IMG/VR virus record: IMGVR_UViG_3300031519_000152
Span: 1-29,138 of that record
Strand: one strand, 5' to 3'
Origin: a virus
Lineage: Duplodnaviria; Caudoviricetes
Length of the DNA: 29,138 nucleotides
Of the stretch, positions 1-8,066 are shown one piece after another (the stretch's first letter is position 1; every line of letters begins with the position of its first letter). The notes beneath the pieces are model-generated. The model was not told the origin of the DNA, made no database searches, and worked only from the letters and a program-made list of their open reading frames with translations. Position numbers and translations under genes: made by a program.

Positions 1-882
1 ATCTGTTCCAGCGGTTGCTAATTTCAATACATTTGAGCCCGGAAAGTGAATACCAGTATCTAAATCCGAAAAGCACGTTAATGCTGGTAATCCTGCAGAA
101 CCGCTAGCAAACCTTGCTCGACCATTGACTTCTAATGTGCTATTCGCCTGTAAACTTGTTACTCCTATACCTACGTTACCAGCAAATGTAGTGTTTCCTT
201 CGTGAGTAACAGTTAGTTTATCCGAACCATCTTTGCTTAAAGTAAGCAGATTACCAGTTCCATCGCCTTGAACATGAAGTACATCTCCATTTGAACTTGC
301 GTTATCAGAACGGATAGAGACAACTGAATGAGTATCTACTCCAGTATGAACTGCATTTGTATAAAAAAAGCCAGTAGCAGTATTAGTTGTAGTATTGACT
401 ACTGTAAATTTCCTTGATGGAGAATCAGTTCCTATGCCTACGTTACCTGAAGCATCAATCCTCATTTTTTCAGTAGTACCCGACTTAAAAGCAATACCGC
501 TTGAACCATTAAGGCTTGATACTACTGCCCTAGTTGTACCACCTTCATATAAATGTAATTCACTTGCACCACTTGATGACCTTAAAGATAAAACTTCTCC
601 ACTTCCACCAACAGTTAAAGTTCCATATTTAGCTCCAGTAGAGATACTAACTTTAGAATTAGTAGTATCAACAATAAAAACATCTCCACCATCGTCATTC
701 TTGCGTACTAATAAAGCTTCTGTGTTGGTGACATCAATAGTTGATGTGCCTTGTATAACTTCATCTACACTAAGAGATATTCCACCTTGTACTTCTAAGT
801 CTCCTGTGATTGTAACATCGCCATCCATTTCCCCACCATTACCGAGGTTTTTTATGGCACTTTGTCCCATTGATCCAAACAT
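1..882 (-). CDS. Fibre protein (tail or head fibre), N-terminal part; runs off the window edge
   Basis: Not in the ORF track. Manual translation from ATG 882 (GGAGA upstream) is open to base 1: MFGSMGQSAIKNLGNGGEMDGDVTITGDLEVQGG...TEKMRIDASGNVGIGTDSP...AGNVGIGVTS...DLDTGIHFPGSNVLKLATAGTD. The GNVGIG repeats and G/S/T richness are typical of phage fibres. Confidence 0.85.
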   Translation of the reverse strand, partial: MFGSMGQSAIKNLGNGGEMDGDVTITGDLEVQGGISLSVDEVIQGTSTIDVTNTEALLVRKNDDGGDVFIVDTTNSKVSISTGAKYGTLTVGGSGEVLSLRSSSGASELHLYEGGTTRAVVSSLNGSSGIAFKSGTTEKMRIDASGNVGIGTDSPSRKFTVVNTTTNTATGFFYTNAVHTGVDTHSVVSIRSDNASSNGDVLHVQGDGTGNLLTLSKDGSDKLTVTHEGNTTFAGNVGIGVTSLQANSTLEVNGRARFASGSAGLPALTCFSDLDTGIHFPGSNVLKLATAGTD

Positions 883-883
883 C

Positions 884-1228
884 TTAAATCTCCACTATTC
901 TAACAGAACCAGTAGTAGTAGATGTGCTGTTATAATTAAAATATATTGTCATCCCTAGTCCTCTAGGAACTGTAAGAAAAAAGTTTGTGTTTGCTGGTAT
1001 TAGAAGATCATTACTTGCATTTACATTTGTTTCTGATGTTGTAAAGTTGTAGTAAAGCTCTACGGCACTATATACTCCAAGTGTTCCTGTAGAACCAAGT
1101 AATGATTTATGTGTTGTGTTTGCAACATCTGCTGAACTTCCTGCTGTTCCTGCTGTTGCTACTGTCCATTGACCACCACTAGTAGTGTTAAGTGCTTCTT
1201 GGACTGAATATGTATGTAGGTCTGCCAT
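884..1228 (-). CDS. Small T/S/G-rich virion protein (hypothetical)
   Basis: 114 aa ORF with GAGGAAG RBS, in the capsid operon, with beta-rich composition. Confidence 0.7.
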   Translation of the reverse strand: MADLHTYSVQEALNTTSGGQWTVATAGTAGSSADVANTTHKSLLGSTGTLGVYSAVELYYNFTTSETNVNASNDLLIPANTNFFLTVPRGLGMTIYFNYNSTSTTTGSVRIVEI

Positions 1229-1282
1229 TTTTTCTTCCTCTCTAAGCTAATGACTAAAGCGTGAACGAGATCGTCTTAGTCT

Positions 1283-1483
1283 TTATTTCTTTTTCTTTTT
1301 TACTTTTTTAACAAGTTTTTTTGCAACTGACTTTACAGTCTTTTTCTTAAATGGAGAATAGTCGTTCTCACTTATTATACGAATATAGCCTTTAGCTTTT
1401 AATTCGTCTAATTTTTCAGGATGCCGTTTAAGTAGCTCATCCTCAAGTCTTTCTATTCTTCCATTTTTAAACCAATATTGCAT
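1283..1483 (-). CDS. Small protein with Lys-rich C-terminus, downstream of the capsid gene
   Basis: 66 aa ORF with GGAGA RBS and a very basic tail (KKLVKKVKKKKK). Confidence 0.75.
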   Translation of the reverse strand: MQYWFKNGRIERLEDELLKRHPEKLDELKAKGYIRIISENDYSPFKKKTVKSVAKKLVKKVKKKKK

Positions 1484-1499
1484 AAAATCTCCAATCTAA

Positions 1500-1525
1500 T
1501 GGGGGCAGGAATAAACCTACCCCCA
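1500..1525 (-). terminator. GC-rich hairpin after the major capsid gene (terminator or stabilising stem)
   Basis: Minus-strand RNA UGGGGGUAGG-UUUAUU-CCUGCCCCCA; the U-G wobble only works on the minus strand. The following U-tract is poor, so read-through is likely. Confidence 0.6.
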
Positions 1526-1540
1526 ATTAAAACTAAGTTA

Positions 1541-2437
1541 CTAGCTTGCGTTAGTAAACTTAACACCTTTCTTATTATCAGAATCATCAATCAATTTAAC
1601 CCCGTATAATAAATCAGATACAACTTTTGTACCTAAAGCATCAACAGAATACTCTGACTGAACCCTTACTTCTTGCTGTGAAGCAAAAACACAAGCTGAT
1701 TTATGAAAGATTGCACCAGGAATTGTAGTTGCTGTACCACCAGTTGAAACTGTATTGCTCATATATACGTCGATTCCATATAATGATCCAACCATTCCCG
1801 ATCTTAGTCCACGATTTCCTTCACCGACAGCATCATTACGAATAAAATACTGTGCTATACCAGCAGATGGGTTAAGTATATCTGCAAATAAAGTTGGATT
1901 AACAACCATAGCACATTCACCGTCCATGTAAGGAATGTCTGCTTCACCTAATGTAGCAAGAGCAGATTCAAATACAGATGCAGTTAATGTATCATCAGCA
2001 GATAATGCCTGAGAAGCATTTAGTCCATCTAACTCACCCCAAATATCAGTATCTACCTGACGAGCAAGAGCTTCACCCATCATTCTTGAATACTTAGCTA
2101 CTAGATCAGCCTCAGACTGAATCAAAGCTACATCTTCAAATAACTTTGCAACATACTTGTGCTTGTTAATTGATAGCTGAGTTGTAGTGGTTGCAGTTGC
2201 ATCATAGGATACATCTGATCCTGCTGATTTATCTGAAGCACTAATTAAACTCATTTCTGGAATGTTGATTGCATCTCCATAGCCTTTTGATCCAACTAAT
2301 GCTGAATAGTCATCTATAAGACCTCTAAATACACTTTTACGCTCAAAGTATTTATAGATACCATCTGCCCAAATTTCTGGGATAAAATGCTGATCTGTTG
2401 TAGTAGTTACTGGACTACCTTGATAATGTATTGCCAT
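1541..2437 (-). CDS. Major capsid protein (HK97 fold, P22-coat-like)
   Basis: 298 aa with N-terminal FIPEIWA, GDAINIP, ALARQVD and GMVGSLYGIDVYMSN, and C-terminal DLLYGVKLI; follows a scaffold-like gene. Confidence 0.9.
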   Translation of the reverse strand: MAIHYQGSPVTTTTDQHFIPEIWADGIYKYFERKSVFRGLIDDYSALVGSKGYGDAINIPEMSLISASDKSAGSDVSYDATATTTTQLSINKHKYVAKLFEDVALIQSEADLVAKYSRMMGEALARQVDTDIWGELDGLNASQALSADDTLTASVFESALATLGEADIPYMDGECAMVVNPTLFADILNPSAGIAQYFIRNDAVGEGNRGLRSGMVGSLYGIDVYMSNTVSTGGTATTIPGAIFHKSACVFASQQEVRVQSEYSVDALGTKVVSDLLYGVKLIDDSDNKKGVKFTNAS

Positions 2438-2442
2438 TTAAT

Positions 2443-2946
2443 TTACCTTTTAATGTATGAATCTAGTATGGATTGCCAATTACTTCTTCGTTGATCTTCT
2501 GGCATAGAAACCCAATCAGCAGGCGTACCTGAAGGTATAGTCCCTTTTCTATCTGGTGGGTTTTGTTTTTCTACTTCAGAAAATTCTTCAACGATGTTTA
2601 GAAGTATATCAGTATCAACACTAGCAAATTTTTCTCTTTTAGATTCAGGAAGTCTAGCTAAAGCTGTTTCACGAAGTCTATTGTCCATATCTTCCCATTT
2701 TTCTTTATAACCTTTATAGGAATCTACTTCTTTTACTAGCTCAGAGTTTAACTCTTGCCATTTCTCTTCTTCTTGTAGCTTTGCTCTTCTTTGATCTTCC
2801 TCTTTTGTTGCAAAGGCTTTCATCTGATCTCGTAAATCATTACGTTCAGTTATTACTTCATTAAGCCTCGTTAGTGGTACATTGTGTGCGTCTTGTGTGA
2901 CGGATTCCTGTTTTACATCTGGCTCGATGTTTTGTTCTTCGGACAT
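2443..2946 (-). CDS. Capsid scaffolding protein
   Basis: Acidic coiled-coil 167 aa protein with VPLTRLNEVITERN motif, directly upstream of the capsid gene; GAGG RBS. Confidence 0.8.
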   Translation of the reverse strand: MSEEQNIEPDVKQESVTQDAHNVPLTRLNEVITERNDLRDQMKAFATKEEDQRRAKLQEEEKWQELNSELVKEVDSYKGYKEKWEDMDNRLRETALARLPESKREKFASVDTDILLNIVEEFSEVEKQNPPDRKGTIPSGTPADWVSMPEDQRRSNWQSILDSYIKR

Positions 2947-2987
2947 TTTTACCTCTTAAGTGAGTTGGTTAATTGCAAGAATAAACC

Positions 2988-3037
2988 TTGCATTAAATAG
3001 ATAGTATAATGTAAGTTATAAAAGTAATCTAATGCAA
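2988..3037. promoter_or_regulatory. Overlapping divergent sigma70-like promoters for terL (+) and scaffold/capsid (-)
   Basis: Plus: TTGCAT(2988-2993)-N18-TAAGTT(3012-3017). Minus: TTGCAT(3037-3032)-N18-TACATT(3013-3008). The region is bounded by the inverted repeat CTTGCATTA/TAATGCAAG. Confidence 0.55.
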
Positions 3038-4345
3038 GAAAAAAATTACGAATTTAAAAGAAAATGGTTTGACTATCTAGGATACGAACCACACAATGGG
3101 CAATTAGCACTTCATTACCCTCAGAAACAAGATGCTAGATTTCAAGTAGTAGTCTGTGGAAGAAGATTTGGGAAAACTTGGGCAAGTGCTATGGAGGCAA
3201 CCTTTGTTGCATCTCAGCCTAATAAACGTATTTGGCTTGTAGGGATGTCCTACAGAAAGGCTAGATTAATATTTAGAGAAGTGTGGCAACGAATGGTTAT
3301 AGGTCATGGAGAAGATGTAGATAAAGCATCTGAAAAGGATATGTACATCCGTTTCAAATGGGGTACTACTGTTGAGGGAATGTCGGCAGATAATCCAGAT
3401 TCTCTTGTGGGTGAAGGTTGCGACCTCTTGGTTATAGATGAGGTAGCCAAGATGAATAAAAAGATTTGGGATATGTATTTATCTCCAACAGTTGCAGGAA
3501 GAAAAGGAAAAGTTATTTTTATTACAACTCCAGAAGGAAGAAACTGGATATACGATTTGTTTAAACTAGGAGCAAATGATCCGTTATGGTCAAGTCATAC
3601 ATCTCCATCTTGGGTAAACCAGTATGAGTTTCCAAAAGGGTTAGATGATCCTGCTATTATAGAAAGAAAAAGAAATATGTCAAAAGAACTATTTGGTCAA
3701 GAGTTTGGGGCAGAGTTCTCTGTATTTGAGGGAAAGGTTTGGGATTTTCATAGAGATGAAGATGTTGGAGATTTCCCGTATAATCCTAATCTGCCTACTT
3801 ATTGCACTATTGACTTTGGCTATCGTATGCCCGCTGTAATGTTTTGTCAAACATACTGGGAAGATAATGTGGAGCATATTAGAGTATTTGACTCTATCTT
3901 GCATAAACAGAATATAAAGACAGAAGATTTAATAAAGATGATAAAGACTAAAGGCTATCCTGTAGCCAGTTACTATGGTGATCCTGCTGGAGCGAATGTT
4001 CAGGGGCAGAGTGGAGCAGGGGATATGGAAATCTTTAGAAGAAGTGGGATTAAAGTAATATCAACTAGAGATCGAATGAGTAGGAATATCGTAGCTAGTG
4101 TTGCCTATACAAGAGGTTTTTTTGAAAGTGCTAATGGTGTAAGGAGAATCCATGTGGATAAAAGATGTGCAGATGTAATAGAAGATTTTGAAGAATATAG
4201 ATACCCAGAAAGTGAAGATGGCAAACCAATTAAAGAAGAGCCTGTTAAGGATGGATACCACGATCATGGAAATGATGCCTTTAGGTATTTTATTATTAAC
4301 AGATTCCCAATGAAAAACACAGAAATGAAAAGGATTCAAAGATGA
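3032..4345 (+). CDS. terL: Terminase large subunit
   Basis: Walker A CGRRFGKT, Walker B LLVIDE, coupling motif ITTPEG, nuclease IDFGY and C-terminal DHGNDAFRY. Confidence 0.95.
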   Translation: MQEKNYEFKRKWFDYLGYEPHNGQLALHYPQKQDARFQVVVCGRRFGKTWASAMEATFVASQPNKRIWLVGMSYRKARLIFREVWQRMVIGHGEDVDKASEKDMYIRFKWGTTVEGMSADNPDSLVGEGCDLLVIDEVAKMNKKIWDMYLSPTVAGRKGKVIFITTPEGRNWIYDLFKLGANDPLWSSHTSPSWVNQYEFPKGLDDPAIIERKRNMSKELFGQEFGAEFSVFEGKVWDFHRDEDVGDFPYNPNLPTYCTIDFGYRMPAVMFCQTYWEDNVEHIRVFDSILHKQNIKTEDLIKMIKTKGYPVASYYGDPAGANVQGQSGAGDMEIFRRSGIKVISTRDRMSRNIVASVAYTRGFFESANGVRRIHVDKRCADVIEDFEEYRYPESEDGKPIKEEPVKDGYHDHGNDAFRYFIINRFPMKNTEMKRIQR

Positions 4346-5649
4346 TCAATCAAATGATGAAAGATAAGCTACTAGAAACAAAACTTATGATGTCTCATGG
4401 CAGGAGAAGTGAAATTAGAAAGTATTTGGATTACTATTCAAGTACATCTACTGAAAGTTATATAAATAACTACTTTAGTGGTGATGCTTTTTCAGAAATC
4501 CCGCCAAGTCTTACTAACTTTACGAGAAAATTTGTAAACAAAATTAGTAGAATATACAGTTTAGGTGCTAAGAGAAACGCTGGAGACATGACTGAACGTT
4601 ATGAGCTTTTAACTCCTACTAAAGATGTTAGGATGAAGCACTCAGAAAGAATGACTAGATTATTGGGAACTGTAGCTAATCGTATTCATTGGAGAGAAGG
4701 ATCATTTGATTATAGACCTATATACTACTTCGAGACTTACTTTGGAGAAAATCCTTTTGTTCCAGAGGCTATTGTGTATCCATTGTTGAATAGTACGGCA
4801 GACTTAGCTAATGCCGACAATCTTCAATGGGAATATTGGGATGCAGAGACATACGGCATTTTAAACGAAGAGGGGAATATGATTGAGGAAATGGAAAACC
4901 CTTATGGAATATTACCTTTTGTATTTACCCATAGAGAAGATCAAATAGACTCTTTCTTCGTAGAAGGAGCATCCGATATTGTAAATTGCAATGAACAAGT
5001 AAATATTGCTTTAACTGAAATGAACTTAGGCATGAGATTTAATATGTTTGGACAGCCTTGGGTTACAGGGCTAAGAGCAGACCAGAGTATGCTTAGAGCA
5101 GGATCAAATACAATCCTAGATATGGGAGAAGATGGTGCTTATAACATCACTAGCCCTAATGGTAATATAGAAGAAGCTATCAATAATATTAAGTTTCAGA
5201 TAGAGCTTGTAGCATCTAATAATCACTTGTGGATACAATGGGCAGAAAGTGGTGGTGAAGTTCCTAGTGGTATATCACTTATGATTAAAGATATGGAGCG
5301 TAAAGAGGACTATTACGATGATATAGCTTTATGGAGATTATACGAACAAGATTTTTATAGGGTAGAGCGTGCTATAGCAGAATATAATGGTATTGCACTA
5401 CCAGAAGAGTTTGGCGTAGACTTCCAAGAAGTAGAATACCCAAAGACAGTTCAAGATCAGATTCTCAAAGATGAGTTTGATATAAAAAATAATCTCGTAA
5501 CTAGAGCTAAAATTATGGTTAGAGATAATAAAGACTTAACAATTGAACAGGCACAGGCAATTATAGATGAAAACAAAAAAGCAAACAAAAAAGAAGGAAC
5601 TGAGTCACTCTTTACTAACTTCCGTAAAGAAACTGGACAAGATCAATAA
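4342..5649 (+). CDS. Portal protein (SPP1-like)
   Basis: 435 aa, ATGA-coupled to terL, with ENPYGILPFV and SGISL motifs typical of SPP1 gp6-like portals. Confidence 0.88.
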   Translation: MINQMMKDKLLETKLMMSHGRRSEIRKYLDYYSSTSTESYINNYFSGDAFSEIPPSLTNFTRKFVNKISRIYSLGAKRNAGDMTERYELLTPTKDVRMKHSERMTRLLGTVANRIHWREGSFDYRPIYYFETYFGENPFVPEAIVYPLLNSTADLANADNLQWEYWDAETYGILNEEGNMIEEMENPYGILPFVFTHREDQIDSFFVEGASDIVNCNEQVNIALTEMNLGMRFNMFGQPWVTGLRADQSMLRAGSNTILDMGEDGAYNITSPNGNIEEAINNIKFQIELVASNNHLWIQWAESGGEVPSGISLMIKDMERKEDYYDDIALWRLYEQDFYRVERAIAEYNGIALPEEFGVDFQEVEYPKTVQDQILKDEFDIKNNLVTRAKIMVRDNKDLTIEQAQAIIDENKKANKKEGTESLFTNFRKETGQDQ

Positions 5650-5812
5650 TGTTGAGTTCGAGTTTAATGGAGATTTAGATTTTATTATTAAAAACCCTTT
5701 AGCTTGGGCAGATAGTCAAGTTAAAAGAGCTATTCTTGAAAATACAGATAAGTACCTAGAGTCTAAAGCGTTAGGAAAGGAATTTTGGAATGAAGTTGAA
5801 AGTAAAAGTTAA
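5567..5812 (+). CDS. Hypothetical protein (head block)
   Basis: 81 aa ORF filling the gap between portal and the next gene; overlaps portal by 83 nt, so the start is uncertain. Confidence 0.55.
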   Translation: MKTKKQTKKKELSHSLLTSVKKLDKINNVEFEFNGDLDFIIKNPLAWADSQVKRAILENTDKYLESKALGKEFWNEVESKS

Positions 5813-6215
5813 TTTTGATTTTGGTAAAATGGCTAGGGCTATTCCTGAAGCTATTTCAAGATATACTGAGGGATTTGCAGTTAAGTCGGCAGAAGCATCA
5901 AAAAAAAATATAGATTCTGGGCTTCAGCCTGACTTGCAAGATTCTACTAAACAAATCAGAAGCAAAAGAAGCCAACCTAAGAATCCACCATTGAAAGCTA
6001 GTGGGGCATTATACAATAGTATTAAGCAGGAAGGGAATAAATTAACGATGCTACCTTATGGAAATTTACATCATAAAGGTTTTACAACAGGGAGTTCTTC
6101 TTGGATTCCAAATAAAAAAGTTCCAGCAAGACCTTTTATATCAACTTCAGTAAAGAATAGAAAAAAAATAACAACTCAATTTATGCGAGTTCTTAAAAAA
6201 GCATTAAGGAAATAA
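5790..6215 (+). CDS. Phage virion morphogenesis protein (Mu gpG / tail completion-like)
   Basis: Basic 141 aa protein with PLKASGALYNSI, YGNLHHKG and VPARPFI motifs; AAGGA RBS. Confidence 0.75.
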   Translation: MKLKVKVNFDFGKMARAIPEAISRYTEGFAVKSAEASKKNIDSGLQPDLQDSTKQIRSKRSQPKNPPLKASGALYNSIKQEGNKLTMLPYGNLHHKGFTTGSSSWIPNKKVPARPFISTSVKNRKKITTQFMRVLKKALRK

Positions 6216-6216
6216 A

Positions 6217-6684
6217 ATGCCAAAAACCAAGGAGAAATTAGATGAAAAAGACAGAAGAGTATTATTTTCAATTGCTACTACAATGTCTCATGATGTTAGA
6301 GTCTTTAGTGAACGAATTAGACAAGAAATTGGAAGACTCGTTGGAGCTGGGGTCAATGAACAATCAATTGCTGGGATTCTTAGCCAAGACTTTAGCACCT
6401 ACGGCAGAATCTTCGGAGAATTTAGAAATGCCATTAAACGTGGAATTGTGGGAGGAATTAATCAAGCATTCAGGCGATCTGGGGATATGGGGGGAAAGCT
6501 GAAATGGGTTGCAATATCTAAGAATGTCTGTAGTGATTGTGAGAAAAGAGCTGGCGAAATTGATACTTGGGAAGGTTGGGAGGCTAGAGGTATGCCAGCT
6601 AGTGGATGGAGTGTTTGTAAAGAATATTGTTATTGTCAATTAATGCCTGCTGATATGAATGTTAAGGATAGTATGAAGTTATGA
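6217..6684 (+). CDS. Mu gpF / SPP1 gp7-like head morphogenesis protein (short form)
   Basis: C-terminal KWVA...VCSDC...G...P...CKEYCYCQLMP resembles the Cys-rich Mu F domain; lies downstream of portal. Confidence 0.7.
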   Translation: MPKTKEKLDEKDRRVLFSIATTMSHDVRVFSERIRQEIGRLVGAGVNEQSIAGILSQDFSTYGRIFGEFRNAIKRGIVGGINQAFRRSGDMGGKLKWVAISKNVCSDCEKRAGEIDTWEGWEARGMPASGWSVCKEYCYCQLMPADMNVKDSMKL

Positions 6685-6842
6685 AGAAATACTTAATTAT
6701 GCAATGTCTTTGTTTAGGGTGTAATTGGTTTTGGGAAGTAGTGTCTACTAAATTCAATAACAAAAAAGAACAATGCCCTAATTGTAAAGGATTTTCTGTA
6801 AAAACAGCTTTAAAATTACCCATAGTCTCAGAAGAGGCATAG
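6681..6842 (+). CDS. Small zinc-ribbon protein (53 aa)
   Basis: Below the ORF track cut-off. ATGA-coupled, AAGGA upstream; MKKYLIMQCLCLGCNWFWEVVSTKFNNKKEQCPNCKGFSVKTALKLPIVSEEA has two CxxC pairs. Confidence 0.7.
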   Translation: MKKYLIMQCLCLGCNWFWEVVSTKFNNKKEQCPNCKGFSVKTALKLPIVSEEA

Positions 6843-6844
6843 TT

Positions 6845-6962
6845 ATTAGATATATCTATTATATATATGTAATATATATGTACCTCGTCTCAGCCCACTA
6901 ATTTAACTTATATAGGCATTAAAACTGCATAGAGCAAACGTACCCCATGTCATACAAGAACA
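6845..6962 (-). repeat. Origin-like cassette, copy A (inverted homologue of 13784-13905)
   Basis: The reverse complement reads TGTTCTTGTATGACATGGGGTA-N42-GTGGGCTGAGACGAGGTACAT followed by an AT tract, matching blocks and spacing inside the initiator gene. Confidence 0.6.
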
Positions 6963-7612
6963 CTAGTCTTTACGTTTAATGCTTTTTCTCTTGCTTCTAC
7001 TTTGTCCTGCCAAATTTTTCTTTGAGCTTTTGTTTGTCTACCTTGTGCTGGTTTTTCTACCCCTACGGCTTCTGCTCGCTCTCTCCAATGCCTAGCCTCT
7101 CTCCGTTTCTTATTCCTAGCTTGTTTATCCTTTAACTGTTTCATCTCTTGCCGTTTTGAGAGATTCTTTGGGGGTAATACGGGACGTTCTGGTAAGACTG
7201 TGAACTCAGGCTCGACTTCTTCAACTTCTGCATCAATTACGGCAATTTCTTGCATATCTGATGATTGCGTATTTAAAAATTTTTCAAATGGACTCTGATT
7301 GTTTGCTACTTCTACTCGTTTAATGAGTTTACCTGAATGTTCTAGCACTAATCTACCAGCCTGTACATTACCAGCCTCTGCTTCTCGTATCATACTATGT
7401 AATACATTGGGTAGTTTAGCTCCAAATGTAACCATATACTTCTGATAAAATACTTCTACAAACTCAGGGTCTTTCATCCAGTTGTGAAGTGTAGCTTTTG
7501 TGACTCCGATTTCATTGGCAAGTTCTTCCATTTTGGTATTCGGATTAGATACAAGTATATCAATTGTCCTAGCTTTCTCAGGTTTCCAATTTGTTGGTAA
7601 ATTAACACTCAT
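6950..7612 (-). CDS. terS: Probable terminase small subunit (N-terminal HTH)
   Basis: Start moved to ATG 7612 (AAAAGGA RBS, promoter upstream). HTH KMEELANEIGVTKATLHNWMKDPEF, then AEAGNVQAGRLVLEHSG, typical of TerS; basic C-terminus. Confidence 0.7.
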   Translation of the reverse strand: MSVNLPTNWKPEKARTIDILVSNPNTKMEELANEIGVTKATLHNWMKDPEFVEVFYQKYMVTFGAKLPNVLHSMIREAEAGNVQAGRLVLEHSGKLIKRVEVANNQSPFEKFLNTQSSDMQEIAVIDAEVEEVEPEFTVLPERPVLPPKNLSKRQEMKQLKDKQARNKKRREARHWRERAEAVGVEKPAQGRQTKAQRKIWQDKVEAREKALNVKTSVLV

Positions 7613-7640
7613 TTCATATAGTCCTTTTAAGTTATGGTAT

Positions 7641-7670
7641 ATTATACAACCACTTGGTACTTTTATACAA
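7641..7670 (-). promoter_or_regulatory. Sigma70-like promoter of terS
   Basis: TTGTAT(7670-7665)-N18-TATAAT(7646-7641), about 30 nt upstream of ATG 7612. Confidence 0.6.
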
Positions 7671-7856
7671 GAGACTTTATAGTCTATTATTCCATCTAAA
7701 TCCAAATAAGGCATAATACATAGTATACAACATACAAACATAAAACGGAGTTTTATTGGACTTTCTTTTTAAAACTTTTTTTCTCAACCCCATGCAAGAC
7801 TTTGTTTTCATTTTATTTATGAGGAATGGCAGTTAACCAACACCTAAAAATCTTCA

Positions 7857-7982
7857 TACGCCCCCATGAGCGTTTTGAGCGTGGCGTAGTCTGTGAGTAG
7901 AACGTTATGAGCGTTTTAAAATTGGCGTAGTGCTGGCGTAGTGGTATTTACTTTTGGCGTATAGTGTGAGATGATTACGCCA
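7857..7982. repeat. Array of TGGCGTA(GT) and ATGAGCGTTTT repeats
   Basis: TGGCGTA at 7882, 7923, 7934 and 7955, inverted at 7976-7982, partial inverted at 7857-7862; ATGAGCGTTTT at 7866 and 7907. Confidence 0.8.
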
Positions 7983-8066
7983 ACCATTTAATCTACTACT
8001 CAAAAAAAATAAAAGTTAAAACTTTTAAAGAATGCCAAATTTAAAATTGTTGTTGTTGTCCCCCCA

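Noticed and set aside
395-958. 187 aa plus-strand ORF
   Set aside because: Antisense shadow of the fibre gene at 1-882 (-), which has an RBS, a recognisable repeat and operon context.
7613-7741. 43-codon N-terminal extension of terS in the ORF track
   Set aside because: It contains the promoter and RBS for ATG 7612 and gives an implausible Cys/Ile-rich sequence.
7866-7982. Possible mini CRISPR array
   Set aside because: The repeats are only 7-11 bp with irregular short spacing, and there are no cas genes.
8011-8026. AAAAGTTAAAACTTTT palindrome
   Set aside because: It resembles the arms of the dispersed motif but lacks the spacer and second half-site, so it was not counted.
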